Below, one piece after another: positions 43,801 to 54,228 of a stretch of DNA of 64,000 nt. The notes under the pieces were generated by a model. The model was not told the origin of the DNA. It was given only the letters and a program-made list of their open reading frames with translations, and did no database searches. A program made the translations under genes and the position numbers. Numbering within the stretch: position 1 is the stretch's first letter; each line of letters starts with the position of its first letter. The stretch spans positions 1-64,000 of the forward strand of contig JALJEE010000692.1 of assembly GCA_023231475.1 (NCBI GenBank), read 5' to 3'. This stretch comes from Seison nebaliae (lineage: Eukaryota).

Positions 43801-45384
43801 TTATTATTATTATCATTTTTCTTCGAATATTCATTGTTGGAATTCTTCTTATTATTCTCAGTTTTCACCTGATTATTTTCATTCTTTTTCTGATTATCTT
43901 TAATCTTTACCTGATTACTGTCACTTTTCAACTGATTACTGGAAACTTTATTCTTCGACATTCCATCTGAAGTATCGGCTATAAAACTAGTAGAAGTATC
44001 TGATGTATTTGTCGCGTTAACACTTTTTAAATTCTTTAATTTCACATAGAGTTGATGTAATTTTGCATTCGTCATATTTTCCTTATTATTCTCTTCGTAA
44101 ATGCACGGACACTTCAAATTTGGATTGTTCATGAGTGAAGGGAACATGATTGCCGTAAAAGTGATGATTATATAAACGATTAAAATAATTAAACTTGCTG
44201 TTTCCATTAATACTTTCGGATTGATGAATGTCCCTAACAGTGCCGATACAATTGCCATAAGCGCGACCACAGGACTAGGTAGATACCATCGATCATTGAA
44301 ATCGAAAAAGATACTGGATAATAACCCTTCAACAATCAACAATTGACCAAGAAGATTCACCCAATGTAAAGTGACCAAAATGATAATCATATTCATCACA
44401 ATAGGTAACACACACCAAACGTATGGGAACTGATGGAGAGGAAAATTGAGGGTGGATGGTAAGAGTGCATACCAAATACAATGTTTAATTCTCTGACTGT
44501 AAATGATGGACAAGACAGGTAGAACATATGTCATTAAAGTGAAAATATATGAGACAATATAATTCCATTCTAGTTGTGTTGTTTGATAACGATTGAGGAG
44601 AACTAAGAATAATGGACAAGAAGCGAATGCGAATAAAAGATATAATGCACCACGAAGTACACCAAAATAGCTGTGTGATAAAGTCTCTTCTAAATGCGGA
44701 TCAATTTTCTTACGTGTCATTCTTAATAAATGTATTGAGAATGATAATAATAAAATTGAATTGCACAATGAGAGCAATGTTCGATTTATTCTTGATCCTA
44801 AATTCGATACGAGAGCTAAAGGAATAATGAATATTGCAGGTGTCGTATCGAATTCTTTCAGTATAATCTCACCACCTTTTAACATTTCACTCAATTGAAC
44901 ACCTTGTGCATAATAACTGTGATATGAAATACTCTGACCGAATATCGATACAACCACAGACAAAACTAAATTTTAGATAGAAGTTTATTCCTTCAAACAT
45001 TTAAAATTCAAACATAACAATAGCAGAAACGTACCTGAAAACGCCATAAAAGGACCATAAATTCTTCGAAGAATTTGTTGGAGGTTATAATAACCGGCAA
45101 CCATCATTTTCAAATGGAGATATGTTACACATGACGAAACTGTAACAATTCCACTTATCAATATGGATACCCATGTGAGAGGACCTTACAATAACAATTA
45201 CAAAAATCAGAAGAAACAAAAATTCACCATAATATTGCGTGATGAGCACACCCATCACCGAGTAAAAAGCAACAGTGCCAAATGGAATGAAATCGGCCGA
45301 TCTGAACATATTTCGAAAGATTCTTTTGGAGTTCAATTCGTATCCAATTGAATACTTTCGATTTGGTGAAACAACCGTTTCCAT
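40836..45384 (-). CDS. Highly divergent SLC7/CAT-like protein with coiled-coil tail, paralog B (inverted relative to A)
   Basis: Introns 45185-45227 and 44966-45013 are at the same positions and phases as in paralog A, and the middle exon has the same length (171 nt). Shared motifs PFGT.AFYS, YNLQQI, FGQSI, HC.WYA.LPSTLN, QRYQNNH and NE.ALN.L. FGVLRGALYLLFAF resembles CAT TM6. The start could be ATG 45435. Confidence 0.7.
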
Positions 45385-45600
45385 ATTCTCATTTTTTATA
45401 TTTGAATTCGTCGATTTCAAATAATAAATTTTCATCAAACAAAAAATATTTGATTATAAGCGTCTATTTATTTTTAGGAATTTAAGTTAATGCTTATTTC
45501 TTATTTCTCAAAAAGTTTCATACTTTAATTTTCAATCGTGATGACACTATTTAACATATTACGATGACGACATTGATCTTATTCTATTATTAAATTATTA

Positions 45601-45890
45601 TTGTCTATTTTTCCACGGCAAGATGAAGTGCTTTTTCACTCTTCTCTTACTCTTTTTGATAGCTCAATTTCTCCGTTTCAACTGATATCTCTTTTATCCG
45701 AACTTCCGTCAAACACATTTATTCCTTTTTGTCGCTTCACTCGTCATCCTATCAGAAATTTCTCTTCCATTGTCCATTTAAAACGTAATGCAACACGCTC
45801 TTTCCTCAATTATCGATCTATATGTTCATCTTCAAATCGCATTGCCCTTCTAAAATCTCGTAAAGTTTTTCGGAGAGCGGCTAGAAAGTG
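45601..45890 (+). mobile_element. Possible LINE ORF2 linker fragment
   Basis: Composition resembles the LINE remnant at 47840-48825. HLKRNATRSFLNYRSICSSSNRIALLKSRKVFRRAARK looks like the basic region between endonuclease and RT. Weak. Confidence 0.3.
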
Positions 45891-45904
45891 CGTTAGAGGC
45901 CATT

Positions 45905-47436
45905 TCAAAAAAGCGATTGATCCAGCGTGTTTCTGTTACAATCCTTCGAACATTTGGAAGTTATTCAATAATTATTGATTTATGATCTTATGAAACATAT
46001 GAACGATTCTTTAAAATTCCCAATTTCTCGAAAAATTATATACCACAATTCTGTTGTCTGAAGTGTCGAAAAATATTTTCTCAATCTGCTGATGAAATAA
46101 GAAAAGTAAATCATAGAATCTGGCGTGAACAGAAAAATCATTTAGATGATTGTTACTTTTGTTCATTCAACACTAATGATTGGAAGAAAAAGAACTTCAG
46201 TTATCCTGATGTTGAATCTGCCGGATGGAAGACTTGTGACGAAAACAATGAAGATAATATCCAGGTGAGGATAATGGAAGAAGATTTAGATGAGCACAAT
46301 CCTCAAGATCATGAGTTTGAAGAAGAAATCATGTCCCAAGAGATTTCTGTAAATGCTTTTGACCCAGCAGATTTCGACGACTTCGTGAGGGACATCGGTT
46401 TAACCAAGAACAATTCAGAAATTCTAGAATTGCGGTTAAAAACAAGAGGTTTCTTGCAACCAGAAGTCCGAATCTGCTCAGCCAGAAAGAGACATTCCGA
46501 ATTCTCCACATATTTCCATACCGAAAATAATCTAACGTATTGTTCAAATATTCCTAGTTTATTCTCAGCACTCAACGTAAAATATGATTCATGTGAATAG
46601 CGATTCTTCATCGATGGTAGTTCTAATTCGTTAAAAGGAGTTTTGCTCCAAATTGGCAACGAAAAACCTTCAATTCCCATCGCATATTCTACAATAATGA
46701 AAGAAAATTATGCTTCTATGAAATTTCTTTTAGAAAAAGTCAATTATAAACTACACAAATTTAAGATTTGTGGTGATTTGAAGATTTTAACTATTGGTCG
46801 TGGAATGCAAGGGGGTTATTCAAAATATCCTGACAATCTATGACAAAAATGAAGAACAACTTTTGAGATTGGAAAATTCAATGTTCAAAATGAACCTCTC
46901 ATTGATATTAGCGATATAATTCTTCCGACTTTGCACATCAAAATTGGATTAAAGGGGATTCAATTTCAAGGGGATTAGCCAAACAATTCATCAAGGCACT
47001 AGGAGAAGAAAGCAAATGTTTCATCTTTCTGAAAAATTTCTTTCCGAAATTATCGTACCAGAAAATAAGAAATAGCATTCTTACAGGTCCCCAAATTAAT
47101 AAACTGAGAAACAATGAAAATTTTTTAGAAACAATGACATTACCGGAAAAAAATGCATGGGATAAATTAACAAATGTATTAACTAAGTTCCTCAGTAGAA
47201 GAATAGATATGGGTGAAAATGAATGCGACGAAATGATTGAAGCATTCCATAAAATTGGTTGCAGAATGTCAATCAAAATGCATTACAGTCATAAAGATTT
47301 TTTCAGAAAAAATCTGTGCAGTGTTTCCGAAGAACATGGAGAACGTTTTCACCAAGACATGAAAATACTGGAAACAAGATATTTTAAGAAAGATTTTCAG
47401 AATATGTTGGGTGACTACATATGGTCTAACGTATAA
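45905..47436 (+). mobile_element. Decayed DDE DNA transposase, probably CMC superfamily (Chapaev3-like)
   Basis: Motifs across stops and frameshifts: DPACFCY, IWREQKNHLDDCYFC, RFFIDGSSNSLKGVLL, ICGDLK..GMQGGYSKYP, LHIKIG and VSEEHGERFHQD. The subfamily is assigned from memory of motifs. Termini are not clearly resolved. Confidence 0.75.
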
Positions 47437-47839
47437 ATGTAAGGTAAGAGAAAGCACCCAAAAACATATAAGAAGCAGCAGCACTAATAGAACATTTTAA
47501 TATAATATTTTCACTTTTTCTTTCTCTAAATTTTTTCATCTTAAAAAATAAATTTAAAAATTGAAAAAAATTAAATTAGATACATTTTTTATTTTCATGC
47601 AGAAAAGACATATTTTGCATTTCTATGTCTCAAAGTTATAGGTCATCTTGAAGAGAATTTTACAATCTTTCCAACGGCGTCTTCCATATGCTCTTACACT
47701 GTTTAGAAAAATTTATTTTAGCTATTTAAAATTTTAAAAAATCTCAATTTTTGGATTTTTTGAATTTTTTTGACCTTAAATTAAAAATAGACAACCTTGT
47801 TATAAACTTGTTCGCAGTATAAACACTGTTATAAAAATC

Positions 47840-48825
47840 AATTCAGCAGTACGTCAAGGAAGTATTCTTGGACTTTGGTTATTCGGTCTCGTTATTGATG
47901 GTGTTCTCCGTTAACTGAATCTCGACAATCTTATTGTTATAGGAAACACGTCGTTGCCTCACGAAGCCGCATATGCCGATGACATTGTGATTCTACATCG
48001 TTCTCGCCACGGATTGAAACGTTTTTTTCAATTAATCTCACAATGATATTCTGATTGTCAGATCTTCTCATGGTAAGAGGGATTTCCATCAATTCATTGA
48101 AGAGCTTTTTGTTATCAACGGGGAATCGCTCGTTTTCGAACTTTCTTCTCCCTTCGCATTTCTCGGTTCTTCGATCAACATTCATTCACTTTCGTCAACC
48201 ACTATGGATCTTGTTCGTAACAAATTCTGTCGTAAATTCTTTTCTTTCGCAGCAAAATCGAAATTTATTCCGTTAAAAATTCGTCTATCTATTCTCATGA
48301 GTCTAGTGCTACCACTTTACTCTCTTGAGAGTATATTTTTTTCCTCCCATCGTTCATTTCTGTCAATGGATCGGGCTTACAATCGACTCAATTGGAGGAT
48401 AGTTTGCTGTTTCCATAGATGCAATCGTTCGCTACTTTTCGCCAATGTCGGTCTACTGCCATTTCCAATTCTCTTTTGTCGTCGAATCCTCTCTCTTATG
48501 GGCAAAACTTCCGACACTGAATTCCACCCATCATATATTTCGAACACATACTACTTTCGTTCTCCAACTCCATCTTTTCTCACACTATCCGTTATTATGG
48601 ATTACCTCACAATATTCATCTCGATGACTTTAAACAATTCATTTCGTCATACGATCCGATATCATCTTTCCCAATAGACCGAGTATCTCTTGCGGAGTTA
48701 CAACTCTTAATTGATGTCGGAGACGATATTAAATTATTTTTTCTTCTTTATCCAGGCGGGAATTTTAATAAATAAGTAATAATAATAATAAAAAAAAATG
48801 TTAAATTCAAAAATTTATTTTTTAT
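47840..48825 (+). mobile_element. Non-LTR retrotransposon (LINE) 3' remnant, copy 1
   Basis: RT motif remnant SAVRQGSILGLWLFGLVID (QG box) at about 47845-47900, post-RT KIRLSILMSLVLPLYSLES, ending in AATAAA followed by a (TAA)n/A-rich tail at about 48768-48798. Confidence 0.75.
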
Positions 48826-48862
48826 CTATCTAATTCTAAGGAATCTAATCATCAAATAATTC

Positions 48863-51800
48863 TCATTCGACATCAATTTGTTTTAAACTTTCAAATTTTT
48901 CCGTTCTCGTAGTTTCTCTGACTGGATTTTCTTCTATCTCTTTTTCAATTGTTATCTAAAGGGGAAAACAATTTCTAATCGTATTTAATTGGAAAAGAGA
49001 AAGATAGTAACATTATGTAGATATTTGGCGATTCTTAAATGGAATTTGAGGAGTAAAATATTATCTAAAAAATATGAAAAACAAATAAAGAAAATGAATA
49101 TAAAAAAACTTTTTCTATTAATTCTTTTGATTCGATCACAGGCAAATTTGAGGAAACCATCTGAGAGATTATATAAATAATAATCTAATTCTTCAGAAGA
49201 TAATTCTTCCAAACTTTGAATGATCGTCGTCGGTTCTACATTGACCATCAATAAACTACCGAAAATTTCTTGAAAGTTTCCGAAAAATTTTTTTCGATTC
49301 TCATCTACATAAATGACGAATTGTTTCAGTTTATGATGTGAAGATGATGTTATCAAAGCATCTTTTCCAAAGATCAAATATAAATCTGTTATTATTCTCT
49401 TCACAATTTGCATCAATTCACTTTCATCATTCGACTCCCAAAGATTAAGGGGAATATCATCGATTTCTGAAATAATTTCCCCCAAATCAATTTCATATTT
49501 AATTTCTCTTTCCAACGAACATTCACAAATTTCCAGTAATTCTTCCGAACAATTTTCTTTAATCATTTTCACATTCAATATATTTGATAATTGTCGATGA
49601 AATAAATAACGATCTAATCGTTCTACTACTTTACATCCAATTTGAAGTAGAAAATGTTTAATATGTGTGACATTTTCCGATTGGAAGCATCCTTTCATCA
49701 ATTTCATGAAATACAATATTAAAATAGATAATTTATAATCAATTATCAATTTTTCAAATAGAGTTCGAACTTTCGACACTTCAATTTCACCATTTCCCAT
49801 ACATTGAATTAAAACGGTCAATAAAAAATTGATGGTTGTTCGTTGTATTCGTATTGAATGAAATTCTTCACAATTCAATAAATTATTCAAACAAGAAAAA
49901 GTTATTTCGAATTTCTTCGTATTTTTTTCATTGTTCATCTGATTTAAATCGTTATTTGCTTCTAGAAATAATTTCGATAAGTTCATCAAATAATTATCGA
50001 TCGATTTTAATACAAGATCTCGGACAATTGTTGATACAAATGATGAATTGATCTGTTCAAAAATGATTAATGATTCCGATTCGTCAGAAGAAGATAATTT
50101 GGATAATATAAATTGAATGAAATCGGGAAAACTGTTAAAATTGTTTTGATTGAGAAATTTGGGAATTAAAAAATTGTCGTCGATTTCTCTAAAACAATTG
50201 ATGTCATCTATTTGGGGTGGATTTGATTCATAACGATCAATACCTGATTGAATTTCATTTAAAATGTCAGAAAATTCATATGGAAAATTATCGATATTAT
50301 GAGATGGTAATTCAAAAAGTTTAAATGTTGATTTGGAAGTGGAAACTTCTAATGAATCGTTAAACATCATCCAATTATTTGTACTTAGAGATTTCTCCAC
50401 AAAATTCCTTCCTCTTAATTGTTCGTCGATTAAGCGAAGAATTGCGAATATTGGTTTCTGTAATGTGAACGATCCTTGATGGAGTAATTCATCAAGCAAC
50501 TTCAAGAACTCTCGAATACTAAAAGGCAATTCACTATTCATGTCTATGAGACAACATTTGTCCAATCCCACTTCCTTAACAAATTCCACCATTAACTCCA
50601 AAACGATCAATTGTTTGCCCAATCTTTCATTTTTGAAATTGAAAAAAAAGTGACTAAAAACTTTCCATTTAACATGAGAAGGTCCAATCTTCAAAAGGAT
50701 ACTTTTCGTTTGTTCGGTAACGGTGGGAGTTATTTCGATCGCTCTCAAAAGAAATGGGACAATTGAATCAATTTCGTGATCAGTTAATTGTTCTAAATTC
50801 AATTCATGAAAATCCAGTAATTTCGACAAGAAATTGAGACAATTCAAATATTTTTCTTCATTCTTCACTTCAATACATTCTAAAGAAATAACTTTGAAAA
50901 TGACATCGGTACAAGAAGCGAGTAATTGAATATTCTTTTGTCTTTTCTTCACATCAGATTCCGTTTTAATTTCTCTTAATATGAAAATATTCAGTTTACT
51001 AATACCACAATTAACTCCTTGGGACCAGGAAAAATGTCGATTGAGAATATTTCCAAACACTAAATTCAATTGTTCTTTCAAATATGTTAAATGATTATCG
51101 GTTGGATGATGGAAATCCCATTTCATAACACCTTTCAATCTTTCACATTTATCTGTTAATTTAATTAATTCATCAGTTCCAATTGTATTTCTTTCGTTTT
51201 TCACTCGATTTAATTCTTTCAACTGTTTCTCGATTTCAAATACATCATCATCCAATTCGTTTGATATTAATGATAACGTGGGAAGTTGAGAAACATTTGC
51301 GAATGATTTTTCTTTCGTATCATATGTATCTCCTTCTCCAATTTCATCTTCTTCCAATTTAAATGATTTCTCCTTCTTTTTTAATGCACAACCATAATAA
51401 TCATTATTGTCATCATTATAATGACGAACAATTATCGTTTTCCTTCCATTATGTTTCAAAGGAGTATTATGATTCGATAAATTATTCTCTCTGAATTTTT
51501 GAGAAGTTTCCATACACATCATTGGACTGAATTCCACTTTCTTTCTTTGGGAAATTTGAACAATTTTCTTTTGGGAAATTTGAACAATTTTCTTTTGAGA
51601 ATTTTGAACAATTTTCTTTTGAGAATTTTGAATAACTTTTTTTTGAGAATTTTGAACATTTTTTTTTTGAGAATTTTGAACATTCTTTTTTTGAGATTGT
51701 TGAATGACTTTTTTTTGAGATTGTTGAATGACTTTTTTTTGGGAATTTGGAATAATTTTATTTTTCATACTTAATTCAACAATATCTTCATTCTCAGATA

Positions 51801-52620
51801 AATTGAGTGTGTTTATTCTCCTTTTTGGTGTATCAATTATAATACGAGGAATTCTTCCTTGTCGTTCAATTATTTTCTCTTGTAGTTGCTGTTGTAACTG
51901 CTTCTTCTGATCGTCAAACATAGAAATAACTGCATTCGGATTGATTTGATGGAGAACCGCAGCAAAATCGATTCCTGCAGAACGAACATTCGGATACTTT
52001 CCTTCCACAGAAAATTTGCAGAAATCGATAAGTATCGTAATATCCAATGAAATTGAATCGAATTTATCGAGGTAATGAGCAAACCACTTGACAATTTCAA
52101 AAAGAATTCTTGGATTTTTATGTTCTTTCACTTGACAAATGATATCTTTTGAGATCGTAGAGAATCCAACCGTTTGACAAATGACTTCCAATAAATCTTT
52201 AACCACTTCACTTACTTTGTTATTTCCAATCTTTCCGAGAACTTCATATGTCAACCATCGACCGTATGATAATGTTAATTTGTTCCATTCTCTTAAACGA
52301 GTCAATAAGAGGACAGTTATTTCCAATCTCTTCTTTAAAACGTTTATATTGTTATCTTTGAAACCAGGATCGACCGTAATAAATCCCAAAATATATTTGA
52401 GAGGGAAATCCTGAAAATTTTTTTCTTCATATTCTCTCAATAATTTCAGAATGACATTCTCCAGAGATTCGACAGCAGATAATCTCAATTGATATTTGGA
52501 ATTAGAAAAGTTATCAAACATTTTCTTCGGTAGTAATTCAATAGCTTTTTCTATTATCTCCGGTTCTGTCATCAATCTGTCTCGCGTCCATTTCTGAACT
52601 TTATTATGTTTCTTGAACAT
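48863..52620 (-). CDS. Divergent, N-terminally truncated XMAP215/CKAP5 (ch-TOG)-like TOG/HEAT protein
   Basis: IEKAIELLP..F..SKYQLRLSAVE, PGFKDNNINVLKKRLE, HKNPRILFEIVKW and PNVRSAGI match TOG3. MKWDFHHPTDNHLTYLKEQL matches the pre-TOG5 KWNFTTPRDEYIEQLKTQM. One 3.5-kb exon plus two small 3' exons with GTT introns; the exact 3' end is uncertain. Confidence 0.75.
51541..51744 (-). repeat. 24-bp coding minisatellite, about 8.5 copies, encoding SQKK[VNI][IV]Q[QNI]
   Basis: SQKKVIQQ x2, SQKKNVQN x2, SQKKVIQN, SQKKIVQN, SQKKIVQI x2 and SQRK in the TOG protein linker. Confidence 0.95.
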
Positions 52621-53186
52621 TTCTTTAGTGGATTTATGGAAATAGTAGAAATAATTGGAATGGGATATGACACTGATGGGAAAAACAAATATAATTGATA
52701 TTATGTGGCTGGTTAGTTATAAAAGTGATGAAATTAGAAGAAATTTTATTATTAAGAACTTTTTAAATGAACGACATTTGTAAAAGATATAATATATCAA
52801 ATTGGGAGGAAGAAAGAGAAAAAAAACAGTTTTCACCTTCCTCTGCGTTATAGACATCTTCTAATGTAAAAACTACAGAATGATCTGATTTGTCTCTTCG
52901 TTCTTCCCAACTTGCCATCCACGATATATCAATTTGTCCCATAAAATATTAAAATTCCGCCAATCCATTAATTGGCACTGAACAATTCTAATAAAACAGA
53001 TTTCATTTTTGAACTATTGAAAATCTTGGCCCTACAATTTATAGATTCGACATTCCACTTTTCACATTTGTTCACATTGTACATGTTATGTTTCGGTCGG
53101 TGGTATTATAATAATTTCTAAGTGATTCATTGATTTGTTTTCGAGGATCTTAAATTATTTTTTTATTTGATTTAAATTGTGAAGAA

Positions 53187-54044
53187 ATGTATAATCAATT
53201 GTTCAATGATTTTCCATTTGTTCAACATTCCTTCGAAACTAGTTCATCAGACGAAGAACAAGATAATAAAATGAACAAAACTATTGAATGTGTGCCAACA
53301 ACTACAGCGACACCCAAACGAAATGTTGATATATTGTTGGAACCAAATATCTTTATTGGAGCAATTGCAGGATAATTCATTCGTTATTAAAATGATCTGT
53401 TGTGGAATTATGAACAATTGCTATTATTTGATGATGGAAAATGGAATTTGTGATATCGTAGTAAGGAAATAGATTTTAAAGATTACCATTTGGTCAAACA
53501 ATCGATATATCGACAGATGATAACTGCTTTGGAAGCCATTCATAATTTGCATATTGTTCATTGTGTTATTAAATTACAAAATTTTGTTGTAGGAAGAAAC
53601 AATCGACTTCTCCTCATCAATTTTGGAGATGCGAAAATCGGAAAAAGAGTCGAGGAAAAATATGTCTGGGAGAATAATGGTCAAGTTGGAACATTTGAGT
53701 TTATGGCACCGGAAATTTACCATCAATTCGATCCACCAACTGTTTACACACCTGCAGTAGATATTTGGGCTTCAGGTATCGTTCTTTACATATTGACATA
53801 TGCACAAGTTCCGTTTAATGAAGGGAATAATCGATTGAAAACATTCGAAAAGTTGTCGGAAGGACGTTTACCACTTCCAGATATGTTACCTCAAAATCTC
53901 CCTGATGAACCATTTTATGACAACATTGTCAATGTCATACGATGCGCTTGTTGCCCGTTACCTGAATACAGATTATCAGCCAATGATCTTCTCAAATCGA
54001 ATTATTTAGTTAATGCTCCTGTATTTTGTCCTCTTCAATTTTGA
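53187..54044 (+). pseudogene. Mps1/TTK-like Ser/Thr kinase pseudogene (or dead kinase)
   Basis: NQISLLEQLQ..VIKM..YYLMMENGICD, IYRQMITALEAIHNLHIVH, QVGTFEFMAPE and DIWASGIVLYILTY..PF follow the TTK pattern. The catalytic HxD reads HCV and DFG reads NFG, there is no Gly-loop/VAIK, and the sequence is split over three frames with a stop near 53470. Confidence 0.7.
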
Positions 54045-54228
54045 GAGCATCATATTCTTCATTATATCATTTCTTCTTTAAATTCTACTCATTTTTTATT
54101 CGTTATAATCTCTTTTATTTTCTGCAACAATCAACATCTGTAAATCTCTAATTGGATGATTTTGATTATTTATTATATGATAATAAAAAAGACATGGAAA
54201 AAAAATTTTTTTTTTTTCAATTTTTGAC

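Noticed and set aside
51541..51744. Regular repeats as a possible CRISPR array
   Set aside because: No unique spacers; it is an in-frame coding minisatellite in a eukaryotic gene.
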